Positions 24,216 through 38,448 of a stretch of 64,000 nt of DNA are shown here, one piece after another. Position numbers and translations under genes: made by a program. How positions within the stretch are numbered: position 1 is the first letter of the stretch; each line of letters begins with the position of its first letter. Below the pieces are notes generated by a model, which saw nothing but the letters and a program-made list of their open reading frames with translations, had not been told where the DNA came from and searched no databases. Location: positions 496,001 to 560,000 of the forward strand of contig NW_002060954.1 of assembly GCF_000150275.1 (NCBI RefSeq). The letters are read 5' to 3'. This stretch comes from Trichoplax adhaerens (lineage: Eukaryota; Animalia; Placozoa).

Positions 24216-27200
24216 ATGGCTCAGCAATCATTATATAATGAATTTATGCAAATACCGGTTATAACTAGAACATACACGACAGCTTGTGTAATAACGACTT
24301 TACTGGTGGTAGGTGCATACGAGTATAATAAAGTGGTATAATATAGAAAATTATAGATCACGGTTAGCGATGGTGTTGATTTCCATATTTTCTAAATTCA
24401 AGCTTACGTAGAAAAGAATAGTCAGTACTGTATAGTCTAACAGATAAATACTGAATGTCGTTAATTTGTTTAACTCTCATTGCGTGTGATGATGAATAAC
24501 TTGAATCAAGATCCAGGAGTATTTGTTGTTTCTGATCTTAAGATATACGCGTAATTGTAATTACATTTGATCACCAATCAAGAAACCAGTCGAACATTAC
24601 TTTTCATGCTATAGTTCTGGACTATTTTATTATTCAGATTTTACAGGGATTCTCTTCCTTTAACATAAGATATTTCCACCTGACGATATCGGAGTACTGT
24701 TAGAATCGTGTAGTGTGCAGGGTGTACGCTTGTGAATATCGTACGAGTACTATACTGAACTATCATCAACTACGTATTGGAACGCGCAGTGTGTACTATA
24801 CAGTATAATAATGCAGCCACAACTACGTAGTTGATATAGTACCTAATTTTAGTTGTTCTGCTAGTGGTTGGCATTCAATGTCAATACAGACAGTACAGTA
24901 CAGTACAGTCATGGGCTACATGTGATTATAATTATCTAGTAGTTCAATGGAACAGTTTACTCCATAGCTTCATAGCAGTAGAAATCTCTGGTATAACGTA
25001 CAGCAGATGTACAGTATGCGTTTTGCTATGGACTACTAAAAGAAAACCTAAAATGGTCCATGATTTTACGTATACAGTGTCTTACACGATTATCATAAAA
25101 GCTGAAAACAATTAATTATATAACTGATACGTTATTTCACTTATCGAATGAATATGTTTAGTTCATTAATGGAATCAATGTAACCAAAAATTTAAAAGTA
25201 ATGTTATTTTTGAAAAAATTAAATTAACTGTTATTTTTCTTATTCTTTACAGCAACTGGATGTTGTTAGTCCTTTCCAAATATATTTTAATCATGAACTA
25301 ATATTTAATCGTCTTCAGGTACAAAAGAGAAAGTGATATTCCCATATAGATCTTGTTACGCTTCTTGATAAATGCCTATTAATTAAGACGTTGAAACTGT
25401 CGTTGTTTTCTGACCACATATCTAAACTAGCTATAAATATTACGATAGAAATTAATTACGTTACTAGTAATTGGTAAGATAGACACTATCTCGGTATTTA
25501 TTAACCTTATCCAAATCTACGGCACTTTATTATTCTTGCAATTGTGTACTAGAATAATGGCAAGAAATTCAAGATGTTATAAATGGACTATATGTAATAC
25601 TTATATATTGACTTTACACGCGTAGTAATAAATTAATGACCATTTTTACTTTACATCAAGTTCCTTATTTACTTCGCTTTCGAGTAGATCAGAAAATATA
25701 TTCCCTTTGCCATGCTGTTCAATCATAGTGCATAACGTAATATACTTGTATATTGTATGGTAAAGTCCTTTCGAACGTTACAAAATGTACATTGTTCAGT
25801 CGTAGACAGCTATTCAAGATTTTTGCAGTGATCTATAGTATAGTGTGCTTTGTAAGTTACAAAATATAGACATAGTGTAATATACCTGAAGGCAAAATAT
25901 TAATACAGCAGGCCCGGATATACGGTTTAGTAACTGTATCCATATGAATATTTCCGGTTGTCTTGACATTACCATTCTGCACTGCTGACCTTAAGATATG
26001 ATTTATGATGACAACACAATAGGCATATAGTGTACGATAAATATTTCAATGCTTTACTTAATATAATATATATTCAATACTATTAGCTGGACAGGCAATA
26101 TCTAGTATCATGCCAAGAATAAATTAGAGGGGCAAGAGAAGAGCATTTCTCTTCCTCAAAGACTGGAAGTTATTAGTTGCAAATGATAAAAAATTTTTTT
26201 TAATTTGATTAACATCATCATTTCAATTTTCATTTAGCTATGGAGACTATTTACCAGCTTCTTCTTTTTTGGGTATATTGGATTTAACTTTCTTTTCAAC
26301 ATGATATTTATGTATCCTTTCGTCCTTTTAATGTTTTTTAGAATTAAAATTTTTGTGCTATTGTACTCGTATTAGTGTACTACAGGCTGTAGCATCTGAA
26401 ATATTCAGTGTACAGTATAAAGTATTTTCTACAAGTACAGTCGCAATACTGTACAGAACTATTTACATGCTCTTCTAGATCTCCGAAGGTCTGGAAGTCC
26501 ATGATATTTGTTACGATATTTTGTATATACTGTATATGATGGTGTTGTACTGTAAATGCTAGAACCTAGAAGCCTGCTGTAATTATATTACCAATACAGA
26601 GAGTTTTATACTTTATGCTTTAATTAAGCTAAATTTACTTTTAAAAGTCGGTCTTTTCGCAATTAAACGATTTGCACCACCAGTTCGAAGGTAAAATTTT
26701 TACCACTGCGACCTGACAATTTTCTTAACGTAAATTGGATATCGATATTGTCGTATGCTGGAGGAGGGATCTTTCAGAGGAAGAACAGCAGATTTCGCTT
26801 ACATGTTTATTATTGGTGGCCTTTCAACTGCTGTATCCATTATGTTCTTCTGTTCTTGTTTGATCGTTTCTGATCGTCCTTGATGGATTGATTCTACTAC
26901 TTTACCGATTGTTCGTAAATGTGAAAATTTTTAGGTGCTATTGCTGTAGTTAGTATTACTATCATGAACAGTACTAGTACATGGACTTTACGATTACAGT
27001 ACACAATTCAAATGCGATATCACGGCAATACTATCTTTACAGTTTTAGTAGCAATAATTTTGCAGAATTTCAAGAGATATAAAGTACTCAGTAAGAGGTG
27101 TTACGATAAACGTTACGGTTTGTGATTTTGGTCGATTCTTAACCTTTATGAATAGATCTGTGGCTGTTTTACCCAACTATTGTTTCTAGGTCAAGCCTTA

Positions 27201-27719
27201 ACTCTGATGTTTGTTTATGTGTGGAGTCGACGTAATCCATTCATTTATTTGAATTTTCTTGGCATACTAACTTTCAAAGCACCATATCTTCCTTGGGTTT
27301 TACTGGGATTCTCACTCCTCCTTGGGGGCTCAGTTGTTGTAGATTTAGTCGGTAAGTTTATAAATTCATAGAGTACCGAATTCTTTGAATTAGTTTTAAA
27401 CCCACTTTAAATGAATGACTTCTAGGAATTGCTGTAGGACACGTTTATTACTTCTTAGAGGATGTTTTTCCTAATCAGCCCGGCGGGCAGCGATTACTTA
27501 AGACTCCTTCATTGTTGTAAGTTTTGTAATTTATCTAGTTGTATCCGCAGTGTAATTCTGTTATCTCGCGCGAATTACGTAAATGTAATAATTATGGATG
27601 AATGCCTTATAAGGAAATGGATATTTGAAGGAACTGTGGATCCTGCATTTGAAGCAGCACCTGAAGAAAGACCTGGCGGATTTAACTGGGGAAACCAAGA
27701 AAATCTAAACGAGCAATAG
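24216..27719 (+). CDS. DERL2: Derlin-2 (ERAD rhomboid pseudoprotease)
   Basis: Exons 24216-24308, 25253-25318, about 26238-26311, 26739-26832, 27156-27351, 27426-27516, 27614-27719. They read [110 protein letters not shown] (SHP box). Confidence 0.98.
24910..24949. mobile_element. 40-bp CATG-family micro-element in DERL2 intron 1
   Basis: GTACAGT-[catgggctac...gtagttcaatg]-GAACAGT (flanks match 6/7). Confidence 0.5.
25027..25062. mobile_element. 36-bp CATG-family micro-element in DERL2 intron 1
   Basis: GTTTTGC-[tatggactactaaaagaaa...ggtccatg]-ATTTTAC (5/7). Shares 18 bp (reverse complement) with the 1618 copy. Confidence 0.55.
26312..26738 (+). other. U12-type (minor spliceosome) intron 3 of DERL2, apparently with GT-GG termini
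   Basis: Donor GTATCCTTT at 26312; branch site TTCTTAAC at 26722-26729; the reading frame IF-I-YRYC requires the junction TTGG|ATAT. Confidence 0.8.
26466..26503. mobile_element. 38-bp CATG-family micro-element inside DERL2 U12 intron
   Basis: CTATTTA-[catgctcttctagatct-ccga-aggtctggaagtccatg]-ATATTTG (5/7). Confidence 0.55.
26833..27155 (+). other. U12-type GT-AG intron 4 of DERL2
   Basis: Donor GTATCCATT; branch site TTCTTAAC at 27136-27143, 12 nt before the end of the intron; no polypyrimidine tract. Confidence 0.85.
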
Positions 27720-28137
27720 CGTGAAAAACAGACGCTACGTATCCAATTGATAAATATATTCATATGAGACACATACTGGATGTATTATAACTACGAATAT
27801 TGTACAAGGGTATTTTCCGTTACAAACGAGTATCATATTTTAGCAGGAAGAATTGACAATCTGTCTAAACAGCATTTTTATGTGATAGTATTATTACTAA
27901 TCATTGTACTATTTTGCCTATAGCCATCATAATATTACTTATAATACACAGTAATTGAGGTATTTAACATTGAACTTGTAATAAAGATTTATCCATGGCT
28001 TCCGACAGAAGTCATCAGATGTAATGAAAGTTTATTATAAAGAATATCATAATCAATAATATATAGTACAGTATAATCTAATTACAATATGAAAGAGCTA
28101 AGAAAATTTATCAAGCTCATAAATTGAGTTAGGATTG

Positions 28138-31100
28138 CTATTTCCAGAATGATTTATCAATATGACCTTCTGCTTTTGGTATGTGACGGTTCTTCAAACA
28201 GTCCTAAAGTGTAGAGAAAAATTGATTTACAGTACCAAATCGTAGGTTACTAACAGTAAAAATACTAAACATTAGTTAAAATAGTTTCTGTGATTTGTGG
28301 TTCAATGACACAGTACGTACCTGTAAAAATAGTAGCAAGCGGCTTAGAGGGCCTCGCTTACTTTTTGGAGTAACTGCTTCTAGCCTACAGATTAATCACG
28401 TTAGTATCCTCAGTAGTACTATAGATCTGCGTATTTTACTAAGAGTTCCTGCATATGCATTTTTATCTCACTTTGGGTAATATTCTTTACATATTAGTGT
28501 AATTAGCTTTCCAAATTGTTTCCCATACGTTAAGTTTAATTTATTTCCGGCAACCTTAAAAGTAAAATTCGTTCTCAATGCTTATTTATATGTCAGTTAT
28601 AATAAGGCTAAAAGATGTAACTCGGGTATCCTTATGTAGAGATAAATTGTCGCATGAAGATAGTAATTGTAAAGTTGTAATCTTGAGTTCTTACTTGAAG
28701 AAAATCAAATATTAGTGTTGCGGTGACATTAGGTACTGGTGGCATGTTTACTATTCTTGCTAGCCATCTCCATCCATATTCGATACCGTGGGGATGTGCC
28801 TTCAGAAACGACATTTAGTAATATTCATTAGATGTAACTCTCATAACTTGGAATAATAAATTTCAATAATGAAACTTATCGAAGGTACTACAACAATTCT
28901 ATAAACTATGTCAAGCAGATATATATATTTTACATGGGTAGGTCCCTGAGGTGGTGTACTTTGAATAATTGCAGCATAAAGTCTGATAATACCAGACATT
29001 CGTTTAAGATATTGATCTTCATCTTCAATGTTGCCGTCCTTGACATGATATCCAAGTTTCCTTATAAAAATCACATATATTAGTACATCATAACTAATAA
29101 TTTTAAATAGAATTACAGTAACCTAGCTGCTAAATTAGTGCAAATGTAATCATACTTGAAATATTCGATGTCATTCTGATCGGCTAGTCTTGGAATATTG
29201 AAAGGCACAGTATAAGGACATAAGGAGTAAAAATGTGCCAAAAAAAGATTTCCCATTTCAGGGTATTCACACCATACACCAAGTGCTGTAAGAGCAATAG
29301 GAAAAGCCGATGCATGACTTGCCGATATCTGCTGATCTGCTTGTTTCTGAAGGATTAAATTATAATCCATGATTAGAATATATTTCACTTTATCCTACCA
29401 ATTAGTTATGACTTCAAAACGTGATTACATAGCAAGATTTTAAGCGCTGTGTTCTTACTATAAACTTTGAAGCCATGATATCGCGACAGAATAAAGGGCC
29501 TTCAGGGTGTGCAGTCGATGTAACAACTTTTCCTTTGCAAGTCACTTGCTTACCACTGAGGAGATTATGTAATCTTCTGATTTTGTCTAATAGATGCTCC
29601 GCGGATTGGCTTGCAATCGTATTGATTGGTGTAGTAATAGCAATAAGAAGATCAAAGCGATACTTCTTTGCCTACAATGCATAAAGTGGTAATTACAATA
29701 GAAAAGAATTATTGAATTACAAATAAAAATAAATTATTGCTTTTAAACCAATCATTCATCACAAACCTTAGAATCATTTACTAAATTGCTAAACGTCTGC
29801 TCATACTCTTTGTGAGACTGCATGATAGCAATATATTCTTTCCATGCATTTTTTGATATAAACTTTGGCACGTAAATGTCTACAGTAGCAATAGAGATAG
29901 ATTGCCATAATTACACTTTTGGGTGATACATTAAAGGGTATAATAAACAGATCAGGGGATATAAATAGCAAATAAAACACTCACTACCGCTACTGCTGGT
30001 CTTAGCTTTAGTAGTTTCGTTCTTTCCATCTTCATTCTGGAATATAGAGTGAGCTATTTTAAAAGTTTTATCACATGCAGAGAAATTATTTGTATTCATA
30101 TAATTAATTAAAAAATATTATGTTGTCACGGACTTTCTTCATGGAATCATTCAATTTATTACATCCGGCCGCTAAATTTTTTGGTAATTTCTCATTAGTT
30201 TGATCTGCCGCAGCTGCTTCCTTTTGCTTAGCGACTAGGATCTTTTCCGCCTCTAGTTCTTTCGCCTTGGTCTGCTTTATCTCTGACTCAATGATGTTAC
30301 TGGCTTTTTCTATAAGCTGCTGAAGGACTTTAGCCTAACGTCCATTTAATAAGATTGAATTAAATTAAATAAGTATAATAGTAAAGGTAATATATGAGTA
30401 TAAACCGTATATAAAATTATATCTCATATATATATAAAGTGCACCTTTGATAAACAGTTTTGGACCGTGGCTACGCTCCTTTCGTCAATGCTACGAGAAT
30501 TACTATCAGCTTGGGTAAGAGCTTGTTCGGCTGCTAGATGTAAATTCTTAAGTATACTAGTTATGTCTTCAGTAGATTTCGGTAAGTGATGCAATATTTT
30601 GGATTTTTCGTAGGTATTAAAAATTTGATTTATCTTTTCTTCTATTTGCACAATTTGATAGACAGTTGTGCGCATATGTTCTAGTAGTTTACTATAAACG
30701 TTAAAATATAAAGTTATCATTTACTTAGGGACATTTAAGAGACAGTTGTGCTTCCCTTGAAAGTACCATGTAGTGCATCGTACATGTACATTACAGAATG
30801 CAGAACAGTTACCGTTTCTGTTTTTCAATATATTCGCTAAATTCTAATCCTTTAGAAGCTACAGATTCCAGCATCTAAGTTTACAGTAGCAGAATATAAA
30901 TGCCATGCAGGTTAGACGTATCTTCACAATCGATGCAGCTCTGAACTCGTGTCACAGTCGTAATCTAAAAATTTTTTAAATTTATGTCGGTGCTCAGTTT
31001 ACCTTAACATGCTCTTCTTGCTGATGGGATTGTTGCAGTTGACGAGATTTAATTTGCTGATTTCTACATTTGTAAAGTAAAATCGAATCAAAAAAGTTTC

Positions 31101-32868
31101 CAATATTTGGCGTGCAATTGAAATGTATACGTTCTAATACCTTAGTTCTTCCAGTTGCTGGGCTCGATTATTTGCTAACATCTCACGTTGTAATCTATCT
31201 TTCCTTTTTAATTCGACAGCAATTTTACTACGTTCATATAGTGACCGTTTCATTTCCTTCATTTTTGTCATCCATGTAGCAAATTCAATCTTATTTTTAA
31301 AATGTATAGTTGTATTTAGATCAAAATTAATAGTCTAATAATAATTCACATATAAATTAATCGCTAAGGAACGCATAAGTATTCAGAAAATTTTGAAGAA
31401 ATACGGAAGCAAGGTTTTCTTAAATAATATACTGTACATCATATCGTTTTCGATGCTCCTTTGAGATTGTAGCTAGCCGTGCTTCAAAATCAACGTGAAT
31501 CTCTCGTACCAATTTAGCGTCAATCAGATTTTCTTCTCGCGATAATCTATATAAAATAGTTGATAATTTTCTTTAACTTTAATCAATATCACAAATACAT
31601 AGTTACTATGATTTAGCCCAGGATGCTGCTTAATTTATACTCGAAATTGATCTGCATAGCTGCATTACCCTTCGTCATCATCATCGTCTTCTTCACCACT
31701 GACCAGATATTCTGGCAATAAACCATAACTTTTATTGTAGGATTTGATATTGTTCTGCTTATCAATATCCATGTCATGCGAATTGATATCATTAGTCGAA
31801 TGTAAACCTTGATTGCATCTCTTAAAATGCACAAATGTATCCGATACTTGGCTTGCTTTCGTTAGAATGTCCTAAAAAAATGGAATTATAATGAATAAGT
31901 CGTGCTATATGCGCAGTTAGTCATTCTGTGGCAAAGGACTATGTAGAGATGATTATTATACTCTATAAGTAAGCGAGAACAACGTATTGTGATCATTTAC
32001 AATAAGGTTAATTTCTTATCTTTTCTCATGTACAGATTTTTGCTTCATACACGAATAGCGCGTATAATGTAATCATGAGATAATGTAAACAAGTCAGCTA
32101 TCATGTATTTGCAAGAAGTTGGATTTAATCCTGCAACATAAAGATATTGCAATGCCACTATTTTTACATTTTAAGTCCTTGATAACAAAATATTTAGTAG
32201 TTAAAATTCTCGTATACTGCATGTTCTAGTTCTACTTACGTATGTTATGCCATCATATAATCTCATGCAATAACAGTAAATACCAGTGTACTGCATTGAA
32301 TACAGTACTGTAGCTAATGCACCAATCACGATTCATAAGTATGAACAACGTAGAGTACTTTAATCTTTTTGGTGCTTTCAACTTTGTCATTTTGTCAATG
32401 AAGCTACTGCATAAATGCGAGATTGATCTCTAGAAGATTACTTATGTAAGAAAAGAGATCTTTAAAACTTCAGACGCAAGAATGTGTAGTAAAAGTTCAG
32501 ATATTGTGTATGACCCGTAAGTACAGTCGTCCAATATATAACATACATGCTGCAGTACTGCAGCAGTAGTACAGTATTTTTCTCGTAAATCTGCCAAGAT
32601 CTCATAAATTTGTCAGAATACGTAATTTAGATCTTCTACAGAATAATTAATTAGTAAAAACCGGGTTCTAGACAACGTCAATTTAGTAAGAACTATAAGG
32701 TATAAGATTACTATAAGGCTCGTCATATAACACTGCACGTAAGATAGTTTTTACCTTCATTCGTTGTGGATTTGTATGCCAATCATGATCGTAAACTAGC
32801 TGACCTTTAGGTGAGGTCTGAAGGTTTTCGATAATACTTGAATTATTTTGATCACATTTGGGCTTCAT
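28138..32868 (-). CDS. GLE1: mRNA export factor GLE1
   Basis: N-terminus [19 protein letters not shown]; central coiled-coil exons; C-terminal GLE1 domain [101 protein letters not shown], ..SFWK*. Confidence 0.96.
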
Positions 32869-33454
32869 CTTGTATCACTTCACGCAAGTTCACGTTGCTG
32901 ATGATCGTTCAATGACAGTGAATTATAATTATAGTCTAGGAGTATTTGTTACCGTTTCTACGCGAAGAAATAAATGACATGATGAGTAGTGAGTAAACCA
33001 TAAAACTTGTAAAGCTCATCATAACACTCAATCAGATTAGGTTATCAGAAACTGTAGATTGAATTAAATTTAATTTATATATCATTTGAGCACTTACTAT
33101 ACTGTACAGTAATTAGTGCAATGCTACACTAGAGATTACAAATGTACAACTTTAAGAAACTCAGACGATAATAATATAGCTTTATTAATCTTAATGGAAT
33201 AGCAAAGTATTATTTATCGACATACTGTAGTATTAAAACGGATCGCGCAATACAACTTAAAAATTCAGCCGATAATAAAGTAGCAAAGCATTGCTAAAAA
33301 TTATAATTATCGATATAGTGTTTACAGCAAACTAATGCGAGTAAAAAAAGATCACCAGCCGAATTGCAAAGGCTTGTTTCAACCCTAGGACTGTATGTAC
33401 TGTAAGCGTTTAAAGTTCTGCTGCATTTAGCTTTAAAGCACTGTCTACTGTATG

Positions 33455-33830
33455 AGTGATACTGACACATAACAGTATAGTACTGTACAAGTGTACAGTA
33501 CATTCATGGTACAGTCCAGCCTTGCTTTAGATAGGACACTACTAGGCTAGGCTGGGCCAGGGACCTTCTCAAGTCGAAAAGAAAGGGCAAATAAAGCAAC
33601 CGTTTCTTAGACTAGAAATTGGAAGGCCGACTATTTTATTGATTATTTTAGCTATATTGAAACTTGAGAGGTTCCTGAGTGGGCTATAGGCTTACAGAGG
33701 TCTACTGCAGTATTGAGAAATGGATTAAGGCATTAAAAATGCATCAAGAAGTCTCTGGGGGTTAGGTTTACCAAACCATCGACAGGTGTACACTGTACAT
33801 ACAGTAATCGAGCACGCTTATGGTACAGTA
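33455..33830. repeat. Small, degenerate (GTACW)n patches upstream of GLE1
   Basis: acagtatagtactgtacaagtgtacagtac (33472-33501); gtgtacactgtacatacagta (33787-33807). Confidence 0.55.
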
Positions 33831-34906
33831 GCTTATTTATTAACAGTAATAGTTTATCGCTGTAGCTTACAATATACTCTGTACTCCTTTCCCGATAACG
33901 CTATCGAAAAGTAACCGTTTCGAACTACGTGATAGAGCGCAACTATCGGAAGACGCAAGTACATAAGTATATAAAATTGTTAATTTTCGCTCAAGGAGCG
34001 GGTGCAAAAAGGGGCAGTAAAATAAATATCCTAAGAGTTACTGTATGTACTCATCTCAGAACGCTATGACTTGCACAGCGGGTTTACCTCACCTCTAATA
34101 AAATATTATACACGCTTATACTCTCTATATATTCTATGTATAGAAAATAGTTTGGTCCGTTTTCTGTTCGTGTATTAGTTCGTAAATTTCATTGGTTCGT
34201 AAAACAGTGCGTAGTAACTCATGAATGAATTAATTAATATATAACATCGTATAATTGTGCATATTTACATACTTATATCAAATTTATCAAACTGTAGAAA
34301 GCTTACTATTGCTTAAATGCATATAGCCCGTTTGTATATGCAAGTCTCTAACCCTTCCTACATATTTAAAATTACATAACGTATTTTATTTTAATATAAG
34401 GAATAACGTTTCGCTTATCTAAACTTTACATGCTTTATGGATATCGTGATTACTATTCGGTAATTTGAAAACAGATATACAGATACTGATGAGCGAAATT
34501 ACAGTACAGTACATATTATTTAAGTTATAGTTGCTTCACAATCTGAGGGCTATATCTTGCACAGTACCTGTGTACACGTTGTAAAAGCCATACAAATTTT
34601 TCTTACGATTTGTGGTTAGTAAAATCATAATTACATTGCTACAACAAGGATCAATTGTGAACGCATTTTATTGTCTACACTTTTATACAGGCATTGATAT
34701 TATTACATTAGGAGCGTATACAGTAATTACAGCGCTGATAGTTAACAATACATGCACCGTATAATTATATACATCTATTCTCGTATTTAAATTGTGCATA
34801 GAATATACGATGGCGTAACAGATAACGTGATTAAGAATTACAAGTAACCATAGTGGCCATTTTTGATACTTCTTTGCAAGATTGGCTTATTACAAGAAGT
34901 TTCTAA

Positions 34907-37900
34907 TCACATCTTCCGTTTTCTCTTACGTTGTAAAATAACTTTCAAGTTTTCGTATCTACCAGTTGGTTCAGCAACTTCGCCTGCACCTGGGAAAGCT
35001 TCCCATGAATTACTATTATTAATAGAACTTCGCTCGGTGCTCTCGGTTTCTTCAGTTAATTCGTCGACATTATCTGTATCATTGGGTATGTTTTCTTGAT
35101 TAAGAATAGATGATTCTTTCATTTCTACATCAGTGGCAGTAATTATGGATGCATTTTCTGTATTTTCTAGCAATTTTTCTCGTTCTTCATACTTTTTCTT
35201 TCCATTTTCGTCTTTAACGAGATAAACACAATCTTAGTACACGTTACATTATTCAATTTAAGAACGTAAAAATTATATCCATTGTATAAAGCGAGATACC
35301 GCAACAAGAATCTTCATTTATTATTTCGTCTGCAGATTTTTCGCTGGAACTATCGTTACTTTCGTTGCAAGTCAAATTAACATTTGATTGCTAAATAAGT
35401 TTATACAAAATGAGTCAACGTTTCGATATTGGCATATTTACATGAAAATTAAATAAAAACCTACCCGCATAAATTCTAAGTTTACAGGAACTGACGGCTG
35501 ATACAAGAGTATCATTTCTGGAGTGCTATTTGATTTTTCTAATCTCTAAATGTAATAAATCTTAGCTTTAATTTAAAAATTTACTAGAACATCTCCTTTA
35601 CTATTGCTTTAACTGTATTAATTGTCGTATTAAGAGTAAACCTAATTAGCAAGTAGGTCAAATATATTTATTAAAACGTACACTCAACGGATTCAAAGGG
35701 AGTGGTACGTTAAGACCAGGAAATTCTAATTCGAAACAGCATTCTTCTACGTAAATCAAATAAATAAGTTATCTAAGAAATACCCAAAATTTGCGGAGTT
35801 GGATCGTTAAAAAATTTTCTATTATGCATGTGCTATAATAATAGTAGTACTAGCGTTCTTTACGACCTGGTCCATAATCTGGTTGTGAGTCCATTTCTAA
35901 TTAAATTTATATGGTAAGTATCAGTCATCTTGAATGTTATGCAATCTCATCATTATTTTCACTACCTTGACCATCTTCATGATACAATTTAAGTTCTGCT
36001 GATCCACCTCTGATCCTAACGTAATCTAAAGGATAACCTAACTCTCTCATTCGATATAAGTAAGGAGGAATTTCATTTTGTTCGATACCTAAAGCTTCTC
36101 TTAACTCATCACTAGAAGATATAATTAATAGAAACTGTGAGCATCATCCTTACCGAAATTAATACGCTTTCTTCATTTTACCTGACTGAAGCAGGATCCA
36201 TTTCTGTAAATTCTCTTATACTTTCATTAACTGAACGGTGGTACCTAGGTAAATTATGATAATAAGGTACGAGTTTACACAATTACATCATACACAATTT
36301 AGAACGGCCAGAAATGCCTGTACAACACTACCTAGTTGTGGAATTCCTAGAATCTATTCCATGACTTTCTTTATATTCTTTACGTTTTCTACTTACTCTA
36401 TACAAGTCTACCGGCTGATCCATCATTTTTTAACATTTAGCAGACATTACTTTTCAGCGAGCACGTCATATATTTAACAAAAGATTTTAAGATCATATAA
36501 TCTAAGTTACCAAAGGACAATCTGCAAGGCAGTGATTGCCGTCGCAATTAAAACATTCTATTTTCCTGAAAAAGTGTATATTAAAAGTATTAGAGTCACT
36601 CCTTCGAAATATCATGTATTCAAAAAATTATTTAAGTGGCTCTCCAAGGCTGCTTACGGTTTTTTCTCTGTGATATTTTCATTGTTTTCATCTAGTACGT
36701 TGAAGCTAGATTGAGAATAGCTGGAAAGTTATCTCGTTAAAGTAATTGCATGAAATTAAAAATGTCTATTACCGATACTACTGTTCGTAAATTGATTAAA
36801 AATTATGGTCATCATTCTTAATAACTTTAAGTAGCTATAATGATGCAACTTAATAACTGGTTGGATACGCAGGCTTGTTGATGGAACGGTATGCTGAATT
36901 ACAAATAGCCGTAGAACTATTTGTATCAGATACATAGTACTTGTAAAATAGTAATTCCTGTGTGTCCTGACAAAATTGATAATCTCATCAATTTGAAAGA
37001 AAGCATTTTGACAATAAGAAGTACTCACCTGTAAACAGTCAGAATGATCGCTTTCGTCAGAATCACTATTTTCTTGTTTTCGAGTGTCGTTTTTGGCTAT
37101 TTGATCCTCATCATTCTTAATGACGAAAATTTCGAAAATTATTGAATGAATGTATTACAGCGCTAGTTCGGCATAGAAGATACTTTATAGCTTCCGTATA
37201 AACTATAGCACTTTCATTTAATTAAAACATAGTAATACTTACACCATCTTTTAATAAATTACTAGAGATATAATTAGCTAGCATTCCTTCAATTTCTTTC
37301 TGCTTTGTTCTACAGCATGAGGAAAATAGGTATTTTATTTCATAAGCAAAACAATATCTTGATTATGTTCTGCATGGATACAATATACAGTAATACTTCA
37401 ACAATTGTCAAGATTAGAAAATTGCACACCGCAGAGTCTACGCCAAAATGGGAAGCTATGTAGAACAGACGGTAATAAGAACCAGCATGCGTTTCATTCT
37501 AATATCAATTGCAAAGTAGACCTAAATAGATTCCTAGACTAGACTAAGTCCAACAATTTACGTTATACTTATAAACACGCGTACTATCGGCTCAACTTTC
37601 TACATATTTTATAAGAAGCCTTACTACACTTAGATGAAGTTGCTGTACTATCTAGGAGCTTCTTTTTTTAAGTGACGGGATCTAATGAGCACTAGGATTG
37701 ACTATCCTACTTGAAGTATAAGCAATTTCTTATAGTTGCATACGCTTATAAATAGCAGGTCGCTGGTTCAAACCAGAATGCCATATACCAGTGCTCCATA
37801 CAATCCTATTGTTGATTGTTTAATACTTTGCATCTTCAATTATAGCAATATTATACTTATGACTATAATCGAACATTTTAGACATTTGGACTATGCTAAA

Positions 37901-38348
37901 TTTTTGCACATATACGTCTTGTAGACGCTATCATACGCGTATAAATCACTTACTATACCGCATAGATAAGGTAAAATCAAAAATAGTCAGAGTATCCTTT
38001 CAATTTCGTAAAAATTGCATGTGTTAAAACTTACTCCGTAATGCAATCGCTGAAGAACTGAACTTTCATGATTGGTGATAGCTGAGTTGTTTGATATTTC
38101 TTCAAACGTAGAAACTGATACGGTTCATAACTATAACGGTAAAGAAATGTTGTTAGCCATTACTTAGTCTGCAGTGGAGAAATACAGCAAAATGATAACT
38201 CGATATCTTAAATACGCGTAAAAATTTAACTTCGCAAGGTATGAAGCAGAGCTAGTCAACTTCAATCTTTTTCTAAATTTGTTGCAGTAAGCACAAGTAA
38301 ATTGACATAGCGGATCGAACGATCTTAAGTTAACCTAATATACCTCAT
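34907..38348 (-). CDS. ZCCHC8: Zinc finger CCHC domain-containing protein 8 (NEXT complex scaffold)
   Basis: SPIMKVQFFSDCITE/TKQKEIE, zinc knuckle CFNCDGNHCLADCP, RYH, PSP domain SDELREALGIEQNEIPPYLYRMRELGYP, LEFPGLNVPLP, and C-terminal EPTGRYENLKVIL. The start codon and one internal junction are tentative. Confidence 0.88.
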
Positions 38349-38448
38349 GATTAGCAATTGCTTGTAGCTGTTTCAATAAAGCTCTAGCAGGTTCGTGCAC
38401 ACTTTTGTAGTTTCGCAATAAAGGTAAATTCCTCGGTATAATTTCCTA

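Noticed and set aside
26681-26715. Additional small hairpins (26681-26715, 60172-60218, 63422-63444, 26127-26157)
   Set aside because: Imperfect arms and no clear flanking duplication, so not assigned to the footprint family.
28626-28634. Other GTATCCTT/ATATCCTT strings (28626, 37992, 39920, 58680, 59910)
   Set aside because: Antisense to the host gene or not at an exon boundary; no matching U12 branch site and frame.
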